The position numbers and the translations under genes are program-made. A DNA stretch of 64,000 bases from Chloroflexota bacterium. Lineage in GTDB: Bacteria; Chloroflexota; Dehalococcoidia; Lucifugimonadales; UBA3495. Position 1 is the first letter of the stretch; each line of letters starts with the position of its first letter. Under the pieces are notes generated by a model that saw only the letters and a list, made by a program, of their open reading frames with translations, searched no databases and was not told where the DNA came from. Where the stretch lies: the NCBI GenBank assembly GCA_028874075.1, contig JAPPLU010000049.1:122412-186411 (forward strand). The letters are read 5' to 3'. This document shows, one piece after another, positions 17,902 to 26,754 of this stretch.

Positions 17902-18084
17902 AGTATCCTTCCCGTCCTGCATATTCGGACATTGTGGGGCGGAAGAAACCGATGGCGCAACGGGCAACTGTCAGTGGACCCTTCGGGTCTTATCTATCCA
18001 TGAATAGGCACGAATACTCACTAATCGCTTATTCGTCCTATAACTGCATTCGTGGCCAACTGTGCCTATTCGTAGATTAAGGCA

Positions 18085-19734
18085 TTAGACAAACTGGTAC
18101 TTGGAATACGCGCCTTCCTCCTTGGTTACGTACTCCAGCAGGGCGAACTCGCCGGCCTCGTTTCGTTCCTGGGCGCGCCGCATGGCCGGGGCAATCTGGT
18201 CCGGTTCGGAAATGCGCTCGGCCCAGGCGCCCATGGAACGGGCCATGTCAGCGAAGTTGCCGCCCATGTACTTGGTGTTGTAGCGGGCCACCGCGGTGGG
18301 CATGCGGCTGTCGGGGTAGATGGCCATGGTGTTGTTGTTCAGGACCACAGTGGTGATAGGAATGTTTTCTCGCACCGCCGTTTCCACATCCAGGCCCACC
18401 ATGCCGAAGGCCGTGTCGCCCATGAAGTTGATTACCAGCTTCTCCGGCGCGGCCAGCTTGGCGCCCATGGCCAGGCCCAGGCTGTAGCCCAACTGGGTGG
18501 ACTTCCCCCAGCCGATGAAGCTGCGGGGTGCCCGGGCCTCCCAGAAGGGCGACACCTGCTCCCTGGGACTGCCCGATTCGTGGGTAACGATGGTGTTGTC
18601 CAGGTTCACGGTGTGCATTATTTCCCAGATGACCCGGTAGGGATTCAAGGGCACTTCGTCGGAAGTCAGGCGGGGCAGCCACTGGTCCAGCCATTCCTGG
18701 CGGCTGGCCGCAATCTCGTCTGTCAGTTCTCGGTCGGCGGGACGGGCCTGGCCGCCGGTCTGCCGCTTGATTTCTTCCAGCAACTGGGCCAGCACCAGCC
18801 TGGCGTCGCCCACGACGGGATAATCGGCCCTGTAGTCCTTGTTGATGTCGCCGTCGGAGTTGGTTGTGTGGATGAGGGTCTTGCCCGGCGGCAGGGGCGC
18901 GGTAAAGTTGCTTTTGGTCATGCTGGCGCCCACGGCGAACACGGTGTCGGCGCCGGTGAGGAAACGGTGCACCTGCCCCGTCTGGCTGGAGCCGCCAATG
19001 CCCAGGGACAGGGGATGGTTTTCGGGGAAGGCGCTCTTGCCTTCCAGGGTGGTCATTACGGGAATCTGCAGGTACTCGGCCAGTTCCACCAGCTGCCCGG
19101 TGGCCTCGGCGTAGAGTACTCCCTGGCCGGCGGTGATGACGGGCCGCTGGGCGGATAGCAGGGCGCGGGCTGCCCGGGCCACGGCCTCGGGGTCGCCGGC
19201 AGTGCGGATGGCCTGGGGCGGCGTGTAGTCGAACTGCTCCTCGCTGATATCTTCAGAGATAAGGTCGCCGGGGATTTCCAGCAGGACGGGGCCGGGCTTG
19301 CCGGAGCGCAGCTTGGTGAAGGCTTGGCGCATAAGCTCGGGAACGCGGTCGGCGTAGTTGATCTGGGCGGCCCACTTGGTGATGCTTTCGTAGCTGCGCG
19401 TGGGGCTGAATACAGGGTCGACGCCCTGTCGGTGGCGGGCAGCGCCGGCGGGAAGCAACAGGATAGGGACCGAGTCGGCGTAGGCCTGGGCAACCCCGCC
19501 AAAGGCATTTTCGGCGCCGGGGCCGGCCTGCATCAGGAAGATGCCGGTGCGCTTCCCGTTATTAATGCGGGAGAAGCCGTCGGCCATGTGGACGCCGGTG
19601 CGCTCCTGGCGGAAGACTATGGGCCGGATGCCGGCCACGGCAGCGGCCTCGATGAGGGGGCTGGAAGGCATGCAGCCGATGAAGTCCACGCCTTCCAGCT
19701 TGAGTACGTTGGCAATTGCGGTTACGCCGTCCAT
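18085..19734 (-). CDS. Thiamine-diphosphate-dependent enzyme, paralogue of 11038..12693
   Basis: Same three-domain layout. TPP motif MGDTAFGMVGLDVETAVRENIPITTVVLNNN. ATG 19734 is preceded by GGAGGAATG. Confidence 0.8.
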   Translation of the reverse strand: MDGVTAIANVLKLEGVDFIGCMPSSPLIEAAAVAGIRPIVFRQERTGVHMADGFSRINNGKRTGIFLMQAGPGAENAFGGVAQAYADSVPILLLPAGAARHRQGVDPVFSPTRSYESITKWAAQINYADRVPELMRQAFTKLRSGKPGPVLLEIPGDLISEDISEEQFDYTPPQAIRTAGDPEAVARAARALLSAQRPVITAGQGVLYAEATGQLVELAEYLQIPVMTTLEGKSAFPENHPLSLGIGGSSQTGQVHRFLTGADTVFAVGASMTKSNFTAPLPPGKTLIHTTNSDGDINKDYRADYPVVGDARLVLAQLLEEIKRQTGGQARPADRELTDEIAASRQEWLDQWLPRLTSDEVPLNPYRVIWEIMHTVNLDNTIVTHESGSPREQVSPFWEARAPRSFIGWGKSTQLGYSLGLAMGAKLAAPEKLVINFMGDTAFGMVGLDVETAVRENIPITTVVLNNNTMAIYPDSRMPTAVARYNTKYMGGNFADMARSMGAWAERISEPDQIAPAMRRAQERNEAGEFALLEYVTKEEGAYSKYQFV

Positions 19735-20365
19735 GGGTTCATTCCTCCAGTGTTGTTCAGTTTGTTTTCGCGTAAGGCTAGTATGGAGCCGGTTGGTGGA
19801 CACCATATTAAATGCCCAGGCCCTTTATGCCAATGGACGGGAATACCAGCCGCAGAGGCATAGTCGGCTCTCGTCAGCGGGAAAAGCGGAGGACGCAACG
19901 AGGATTAGTGCCAATACCATCGGACCAACTATCGAACTTAAAACCATCCAACCCAGCCTGCAGCAAGAAGGGCGGACTCCCCTGGGCAATTGCCCCAAAA
20001 TTCCCGCTTCGCCGTCGGTATCAATTTCGTGGCCGGCCTCTTGATTCACTGTCAAAGACTTCTTGCCTTCTTGGCTGGCGCTTCACTAAGCTGAAAATGG
20101 GCACCTTCAAAAAGGCTTGTTTATCCCGAATTTCTCTAAGGGCGCCCGCGCCACAGCAATGAAAAACAGAGGGTGGCCGAAACTTTGCCAGGAACCAGGG
20201 GCTGACTGGAAATGAGCGAATATGAGCGATAAATTATAAATTTCTCCCCTCCGCAAAGCTGAATCCTATCTGGAGACCTGCCGCCATATCCCACCGAAAT
20301 CCATGTTGTCGGCCCAACTCGGCTCCACCGTCTTACATAAGCCTTCCCAAATCCCATTGTCTTGA

Positions 20366-20394
20366 TTGACATTCGGCAACTATTCGTTTATAAG
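20366..20394 (+). promoter_or_regulatory. Sigma70-like promoter for the solute-binding protein gene
   Basis: TTGACA (20366-20371), 17-nt spacer, TATAAG (20389-20394), about 120 nt upstream of ATG 20513. Confidence 0.5.
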
Positions 20395-20512
20395 TAACGA
20401 TTACACTACATATTCCCGCAATATATTAAGTGATGGAGGTGAATATTTAGAATTTACCAAGTGTTTTCCATAGCACTAACGGCATCTCTATACCATTCCC
20501 GGGAGGAGATGT

Positions 20513-22462
20513 ATGAAGAGCGCAAAATCCAGCATACTTAAGCCCCTGAGAATGACCCTCTTTCTCCTGCTTGCCCTGCTGGCGGTTGTGGCCGTAGCGT
20601 GCGGCGCATCCGCCCCAGAGGAGGCCAGCCCAGCCGCCGCAGAACCGGCCGCAGAGTCCCAACTGGCGGCGCCGGCGGCCCTGGAGATTCCGGCCACCGC
20701 CGCTCCGGCGGCCCAGGAAACCATGGCTCAGACTACCGAGTCCCAGCCCGCGGAGGCCATGGCCAAACCGTCTGATTCCACCCAGGCCCAGCCGGCCGCG
20801 CCGGCGGCCGCGCCCACCGCGGCGCCCCAGGCAACGCCCGCCCCGCAGGCGCCCGTGGCCAGCGTACGGGACACCCTGATACTTGTGACCAACGAAGAGC
20901 CTACCACCATCGGCGCGGCCAGCCCCAACTGCGGCGGGAACATCCAGAACACCATCTGCGACGACATGGCCAGCGACCCTCTGACCTGGATTGACGACCA
21001 CAATAACTTCCAGGTCGTCGGGCTGACCGGCATCGAAGGCTGGGAACAGATTGACGCCGACCGCTGGCGCTTTCAGTTGCGCCAGGGCGTGACCTTCCAC
21101 AATGGCGCACCCTGGAACGCGGAGCAGGCGTCCTTCTGGATTGATTTCTTCGGTGACGAGGAGACCAGCGGCCACCATAACTCCAACGACTTCAGCTTCC
21201 ACGGCGTTATCGGAGGCGAGGTGGTGGACGACTACACCCTGGACGTGGTCTGCGGTAAGGCCTGCCCCATTCTGCCCCGCACGACCATCTTCACCAAGTT
21301 CCAGGACGTGGGGTGGTTCCTGGATGCGGTGGGCGCGACCTCGATAGACGATCTGCCCATTGAGTTCCCCCCTGAAGTCCACCGCAATAGCGAGGGTCTG
21401 GGACCCTACAAGATTGTTGAATGGCGTTCGGGCATAGAAATCGAACTGGAAGCCTATGAGGACTACAACCCCAACCCGGCCACCAGTTTTTCGCAAGCCC
21501 CGTCCATCAACACGGTTATCCAGCAGTGGCGCAACGAGCCCGCCGTCAGGGCTTCAATGCTCCAGGCCGGCGAGGCGGACTGGACGGAAATCGCCATTGA
21601 CGACCGGGACCGTGTGCCCAAGTGGGTCTCCGCCACCAACAACGAGGTCTTCCGGTTTACCATTGACACCATCTTCGACCCGGAACTGTCTAAGAAAGAT
21701 GTCAGGGCGGCTTTGAACCACGCCGTTGACTGCCAGACCATCCTTGAGCAGATCTACGGTGGCCTGGTAAGCTGCTACGGCAACATCGCCCAGGTTGGCA
21801 CCGTGGGCATTACCGATTACAACTCAGCCCCCCATGCCTACGACCCGGACCTGGCCAAGCAGCTGCTCCAGCAGGCCAACTTTGACCCCGAGCACGAGAT
21901 CGTCCTTACCATGCGGTCCAACCGCATCCCCAAGGACGTGGAGGTGGGCGAAGCCTACGTGACTGCCTGGAACGAAATAGGCATCAATGCCACCCTCAAC
22001 GTCGTGGAGTCCAGCGTCTACAGCCAGATACACCGCTCCACCTGCGGACACCAGCGGACGCGGGAAGAAATCGCCAACGCCGCCGGAGCGGACCTCCACG
22101 CCAAGTGCGCTACCCTGGGACCAGGGCCCCCGCGGCACGCATCTCTGTCCATCGCCGCCGGTCCCACTTCCACTGAGTCCCTGGACTACTCCCGGCAGGC
22201 CGTCCTGCGGAATAGCTGCTACAGCCGTTCCAGCGGGGTCTGCTATCAGGACTTTCAGGATTTGATGGAAGAGGCCAACGCAACGCCCACCGGCGACCTG
22301 CGTCGTCAGCGGATGGAAGTCCTCGCTGATTACGTGCACGACAACTTCCATTTCGTGCATGGCTTCCAGGTAGTATCGGTGTATGCCCTCTCCGAGGGAC
22401 TGGAATGGACACCCCACTATGCACCGCGCGTCCGGGCCAACACCATGTACTTCAGCAAGTAG
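20513..22462 (+). CDS. ABC transporter substrate-binding lipoprotein, family 5 (peptide/nickel/opine type)
   Basis: Lipobox LLAVVAVACGAS, a ~95-aa Ala/Pro/Glu/Gln tether, then a family-5 SBP body (LVTNEEPTTIG..., YKIVEWRSG, ...). GGGAGGAG precedes the ATG. Confidence 0.85.
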   Translation: MKSAKSSILKPLRMTLFLLLALLAVVAVACGASAPEEASPAAAEPAAESQLAAPAALEIPATAAPAAQETMAQTTESQPAEAMAKPSDSTQAQPAAPAAAPTAAPQATPAPQAPVASVRDTLILVTNEEPTTIGAASPNCGGNIQNTICDDMASDPLTWIDDHNNFQVVGLTGIEGWEQIDADRWRFQLRQGVTFHNGAPWNAEQASFWIDFFGDEETSGHHNSNDFSFHGVIGGEVVDDYTLDVVCGKACPILPRTTIFTKFQDVGWFLDAVGATSIDDLPIEFPPEVHRNSEGLGPYKIVEWRSGIEIELEAYEDYNPNPATSFSQAPSINTVIQQWRNEPAVRASMLQAGEADWTEIAIDDRDRVPKWVSATNNEVFRFTIDTIFDPELSKKDVRAALNHAVDCQTILEQIYGGLVSCYGNIAQVGTVGITDYNSAPHAYDPDLAKQLLQQANFDPEHEIVLTMRSNRIPKDVEVGEAYVTAWNEIGINATLNVVESSVYSQIHRSTCGHQRTREEIANAAGADLHAKCATLGPGPPRHASLSIAAGPTSTESLDYSRQAVLRNSCYSRSSGVCYQDFQDLMEEANATPTGDLRRQRMEVLADYVHDNFHFVHGFQVVSVYALSEGLEWTPHYAPRVRANTMYFSK

Positions 22463-22500
22463 TTGGTCCGTCAGGGGCAAACAGTGGTTCCAGTTAAGGA

Positions 22501-22538
22501 AGGCGGCAACCCGATTTGGGGTTGCCGCCTCCTGTTTT
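22501..22538 (+). terminator. Rho-independent terminator
   Basis: GGCGGCAACCC-GATTTG-GGGTTGCCGCC (11-bp stem) followed by CCTGTTTT, 40 nt after the SBP stop. Confidence 0.7.
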
Positions 22539-22598
22539 GGGCATACAAGGGGCACATAAACTACGAAGAAGTTGACGAAAACAAGTGCGTCGCGCTCT

Positions 22599-23051
22599 CT
22601 AAATCGCCTCCCACAAGTACTCCACGTCATACTCCGCCACCAGCACCCCCTCCTGGTTGTGGGCCCTAATCGTGAAGGTCAGGCAGCGGCCACCCTCCCC
22701 TTCCTCCTTACCAGCAAGGGTGGTTTGGGCGGTGATGATGTCCCCGTGGGTTACCAGTACTCCCTGGAAACGGATGGTTATGCCGACAGGGTTCAGCGAC
22801 AGGCCCTCGGGCAAGGCGCACCCCTGGGCGGCGGCCAGGCTGGCCGGTCGGGGCGGCGCAAAGGCCAATACCATGGCCGGCGGGGCTATGATGCCCGGCA
22901 GCCCCGTCTCCCTGGCAGCCGGCTGGTTGGTATAGACCAGGTTTTCGTAACGCGCAGCACGGCAGTAGTCGGCAATCTGTTGATCCGTAATCTCCGCGGC
23001 TGTGGGCGGCGAGGTGTCGCCAACTTTGGCTCTGTCCCATGTATAAATCAT
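22599..23051 (-). CDS. MaoC-like / hot-dog-fold dehydratase domain protein
   Basis: 150 aa. The N-terminal pattern (DYCRAARYENLVYTN..AARETGLPGIIAPP) resembles the N-terminal half of MaoC dehydratases. Family call by eye only. Confidence 0.55.
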   Translation of the reverse strand: MIYTWDRAKVGDTSPPTAAEITDQQIADYCRAARYENLVYTNQPAARETGLPGIIAPPAMVLAFAPPRPASLAAAQGCALPEGLSLNPVGITIRFQGVLVTHGDIITAQTTLAGKEEGEGGRCLTFTIRAHNQEGVLVAEYDVEYLWEAI

Positions 23052-23091
23052 GGGGAGTAATTTAGCACAGACAGGAACGTCTGGCAGGGCG

Positions 23092-23550
23092 CTACGGAGT
23101 GAGTTCGGGGGTGTAAGCCCAGGCCGCGACCCGGCCGGGCGTTATCTTGATAACGGGATTCTCGTCAATGTCCATTTCCCGGTATTGGGGATATTTACGG
23201 CGGAGCAGTTGTACGGCATGGCGGCGATAGTCGTCTTCCACTTCTTCCAGCACTTCGGCGGCGCCGGTTACCAGGATGTACCACAGCTTGGCCCAGTCAG
23301 CCTCATAGTGGTCCACCACCAAGGCTACCTGCGGGTTCTCCAGGATGTTGCGCACCCGGCGCAGGCGCGTGAGGGGGGCCCGCTTGGGCTTCTGGTCCAG
23401 GGCAATGTAGATGGCCGCGCCGTCCTTACGGGAATCCAGGGCAAAGCAAACGGGGATGACGTGAGGGGCGCCGCCCTTGCCGGCAGTGGATAGATGGCCC
23501 ACAGGGGCATTAGCAAGGAGTTTCATCTGATTCGGAGACAGTGATTGCAA
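23092..23550 (-). CDS. Pyridoxamine 5'-phosphate oxidase-family (possibly F420-dependent) protein
   Basis: LANAPVGHLSTAGKGGAPHVIPVCFAL and ...VVDHYEADWAKLWYILVTG are typical of PPOX-class split-barrel proteins. TTG 23550 has GAAGGGG upstream. Confidence 0.6.
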   Translation of the reverse strand: MQSLSPNQMKLLANAPVGHLSTAGKGGAPHVIPVCFALDSRKDGAAIYIALDQKPKRAPLTRLRRVRNILENPQVALVVDHYEADWAKLWYILVTGAAEVLEEVEDDYRRHAVQLLRRKYPQYREMDIDENPVIKITPGRVAAWAYTPELTP

Positions 23551-23663
23551 GCCAGCCCCTTCTTTCGGGTGGGCGCCCTCCGACAGGCTCAGGGTGAGCG
23601 GATATGGGGTCGCTTTCCGTCCTCAGCCGAACCCTTTCAGCTCTCTCACGGGATGAACAGCCC

Positions 23664-24587
23664 CTAAACCTCCGCCGAAAAGGCCATGGGGTCTTCCAGG
23701 AACTCCACGTTTTCCAGGGCGACCCGGGCGGCCTCCTCCAGAGAGGCGTCCCCCTCCTCTATGCAGCGCGTCAGGGCCCGCTTGGCCAGGGACCCACCAA
23801 TCTTGCCCAGGGCGTTCAGCGCGGCAATCTGCACCTGGTAGTCCTCGTCTTCCAGCAGGTCCATCAGATAGGGAACAACGTCCTCCTCTCCCAGGTCGCC
23901 GCAGGCGTTGGCCGTCTCGTATCGTATAGAAGGCTCACGGTTGTCCAGTTCCTTCACCAGGGTGGGCAGCCAGCTAACATCGCCGGTGCGGCCCATGGCG
24001 AATATGGCGCTGGTCTTGAGGTCCAGGTCGTCGCTCTGGTAGGCCCAGCAGACGTAATCGCGGATGTCAGGGGTATTGAAGGGGGCCACCGCCTCCAGGC
24101 AGCGGCGGCGCACTTCCAGGCTTTCATCCGGGTCCTGGAGGATGCTCATGAGGGTGGAGTGAATGTTGACTGCATCCCGGGCCAGCAGGTACCCCTCCTG
24201 GGCCAGCAGGGAGAACTTTCCCAGGGCCGAGGCTGCGGCCGCCCGGACGGCGGCCCCGCGCGGGGAGGTCAACACCTGCATCAGTCCAGGCAGCACCGAG
24301 CGGTCTTCATACTCCCAAAGCCCGTCGATGGCCTTTTCCTGCAGCCATTCGTCCTCATCCTTCAGGCACATCTTGTAGATGGTGCAGAAGTCCAGTTCGG
24401 TACTGTCTTCCGCCAGTTCCACCAGGGTGGTAAGCAAGGCGCGCTTCCGTTCCCGGGACAGCAGGAACCAGTGTCGGGCAAATACGCCCAACTCGGACGG
24501 TGAAAGGTCGGAAAGCTCAATAAAGTCGGAATTGCTCAGAGGGATTGCCGGATCGGAAATGTTTTCCAGGAATTGTTCCAGAGACAT
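23664..24587 (-). CDS. HEAT-repeat protein
   Basis: Recurrent ~31-aa units ending in ..VR..A..ALG.. (AAVRAAAASALGKF, LEVRRRCLEAVAPF, PSIRYETANACGDLG, YQVQIAALNALGKIG). Confidence 0.6.
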   Translation of the reverse strand: MSLEQFLENISDPAIPLSNSDFIELSDLSPSELGVFARHWFLLSRERKRALLTTLVELAEDSTELDFCTIYKMCLKDEDEWLQEKAIDGLWEYEDRSVLPGLMQVLTSPRGAAVRAAAASALGKFSLLAQEGYLLARDAVNIHSTLMSILQDPDESLEVRRRCLEAVAPFNTPDIRDYVCWAYQSDDLDLKTSAIFAMGRTGDVSWLPTLVKELDNREPSIRYETANACGDLGEEDVVPYLMDLLEDEDYQVQIAALNALGKIGGSLAKRALTRCIEEGDASLEEAARVALENVEFLEDPMAFSAEV

Positions 24588-24894
24588 GGCACCCCCTCAC
24601 ATCATGCGGCCCTTGACGGCTGCGCCGGCGCCGCAGCCCGGTATTCAGGCGAAATTTTGTAGCTGAGGACGTAACTAGAATATAACATAACCTACCTTGT
24701 CAACAGCCCTGCCGGGTACCAGTTTCGCTCATTTTACGGGTTTATGTTCACCATGGACGACGCGCAGGGTCGCAACCGGACCGGACTCTCCTCTGCATGC
24801 TGGGCTCTTCAATTCCCGGCCCGGTCGCCGGGCCGGCGCACCGACGGAGGCAGACCAACCCGAAGCGGCACCGGACAAGGTACCGGCAACGAGT

Positions 24895-25192
24895 GAGCCC
24901 TGGCTGGCAATAAACTGCCTGAAAACGCAGATTGAGGAGGGTGAGGACTTCCGGCTCATTGTTAGCAACAAGCTTGACTCCGAAGGCTCGCTACCAGAAA
25001 GGTCGCGTGTTCTAGTACACATACCCGATCGCGGTGGACGAAAGCGACTACGAGCGCCTGTACGACGAAGGGCAGGCCAGCAACGGCTACCAGTCCAAAC
25101 ACGGCAGGATGGGCCGGGGCTACCATACCCGCCAGGACGATTAACCCGAAATCGATGAGACCTTCACCGCTCGCTTCAACAATGTCAACTAA
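24895..25192 (+). pseudogene. Degenerate remnant of a Calx-beta-like repeat-domain gene (frameshift plus in-frame stops)
   Basis: Frame 1 gives IEEGEDFRLIVSNKL. Frame 2 gives YPIAVDESDYERLYDEGQ...HTRQDD*PEIDETFTARFNNVN*. The (V.EGE.F ... DY ... DD.PE.DETF) order is Calx-beta-like but interrupted. Confidence 0.25.
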
Positions 25193-25335
25193 CAGGGCCA
25201 CGATGGCCAGTGGGGAAATAACCGGCACCGACCACGACATGGGGACTTACAGCCCGGAGGTCACTTTGAGGCCCCCTTTGCCCCGTGTTAGAATTGGCCC
25301 GAATTTCACCCGTTATTCGGAGCAGGGGAGGCTGA

Positions 25336-26223
25336 ATGGCCAATATTCTGGACGGCGCCGTACTGGGCCGGGAAGTGCGGGCCGAGGTGGCCTCCGGGGT
25401 CTCTGAGATGCAGGAGAAGCACGGCGTTACCCCGGGCCTGGCGGCCGTTCTGGTTGGCGGCGACCCCGCTTCGGCCATCTACGTGCGCAACAAGGGCCGC
25501 GCCTGCGACGAAGCCGGCATGTTCAGCGAAATCTTCCACTTGCCGGAGGAGACTACCCAGGACGAACTGCTGGACCTGGTGGCAAGGCTCAACGCCGATT
25601 CTCGCTTCCACGGCATCCTGGTCCAGCTTCCCCTGCCGCCCCAGATTGAGGAGACGGTCATCATCGAAGCCTTGGAACCGGCCAAGGACGTGGACGGCCT
25701 TCACCCATTCAACCTGGGCAAGCTGCTGCAGGGCATTCCCGACTTCATACCCGCCACCCCCGCCGGCATCCAGCAGATTCTGGTGCGCAACGGCTACGAC
25801 CCGTCCGGCAAGCACGTGGTGGTGTGCGGCCGCAGCAACATCGTGGGCAAGCCGCTGGCCACCCTGCTGCTGCAGCGGCGCGAAGGCTCCAATGCCACCG
25901 TCACCGTCACCCATACCCGCACCGCCAACCTGCCCGACATTACACGCCAGGCCGACATCCTGGTGGCAGCCATCGGCCAGCCCCGGGCCATCACCGCCGA
26001 CATGGTCAGGGAAGGGGTGGTGATCATCGACGTGGGCGTCAACCGGGTGGACGACCCCAGCCGCCGCCGGGGCTACCGCCTGGAGGGAGACGTGGACTTC
26101 GACGCCGTATCCGAAAAGGCCGAGGCCATAACCCCCGTACCTGGGGGCGTGGGCCCCATGACCATCGCCATGCTGCTGGTCAACACTCTCACTGCTGCTC
26201 GCATCAGCATCCACGGCCGGTAA
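25336..26223 (+). CDS. folD: Bifunctional 5,10-methylenetetrahydrofolate dehydrogenase / methenyl-THF cyclohydrolase
   Basis: ILDGAVLGREVR...GVTPGLAAVLVGGDPASAIYVRNKGRAC..., GKHVVVCGRSNIVGKPLA and PVPGGVGPMTIAMLL are canonical FolD blocks. Confidence 0.9.
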   Translation: MANILDGAVLGREVRAEVASGVSEMQEKHGVTPGLAAVLVGGDPASAIYVRNKGRACDEAGMFSEIFHLPEETTQDELLDLVARLNADSRFHGILVQLPLPPQIEETVIIEALEPAKDVDGLHPFNLGKLLQGIPDFIPATPAGIQQILVRNGYDPSGKHVVVCGRSNIVGKPLATLLLQRREGSNATVTVTHTRTANLPDITRQADILVAAIGQPRAITADMVREGVVIIDVGVNRVDDPSRRRGYRLEGDVDFDAVSEKAEAITPVPGGVGPMTIAMLLVNTLTAARISIHGR

Positions 26224-26315
26224 GATTGGTGAGGGAGTGAAACTTACATCGTAGAGGCAGCCCTTATGGCTGCCTTGTCCACACGGGATAACCACTCCCG
26301 AGGAGAAGACCACCC

Positions 26316-26729
26316 ATGACCGAACCGCAACAATCAGGCGAGGAAGAACAAGGCCTTGAACTGCCACCCGTTGGCAGCATACCCTGGCAGGACCTTACCG
26401 TTCCCAACGCACCAGAAATCCGCGACTTCTACTGCCAGGTGGTTGGCTGGACCTACACCGACCACGACATGGGCGAGTACAACGACTACAACATCAACCT
26501 TCCCGAGGGCGGCCATACCGTAGCAGGCATCTGCCACGCCAGGGACAGTAACGCCAACATCCCGCCCCAGTGGCTGGTCTACATCGTGGTCGAAGACGTG
26601 GCCCAGAGCGTTCAGCGCTGCCTGGACCTGGGAGGTCAGGTGGTGGACGGGCCCCGCGAAATGGGCGGCCAGACATTCTGCGTAATCCGTGACCCGGCCG
26701 GCGCCGTGGCAGCCCTGATCGGCGGCTAG
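26316..26729 (+). CDS. VOC (glyoxalase/bleomycin-resistance fold) family protein
   Basis: 137 aa. FYCQVVGWTYTD...WLVYIVVEDV..CLDLGGQVVDGP...FCVIRDPAGAVAAL matches the paired beta-alpha-beta-beta-beta VOC pattern. Confidence 0.6.
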   Translation: MTEPQQSGEEEQGLELPPVGSIPWQDLTVPNAPEIRDFYCQVVGWTYTDHDMGEYNDYNINLPEGGHTVAGICHARDSNANIPPQWLVYIVVEDVAQSVQRCLDLGGQVVDGPREMGGQTFCVIRDPAGAVAALIGG

Positions 26730-26754
26730 CCAGGCTCCCACAGCAAGTATCGCC

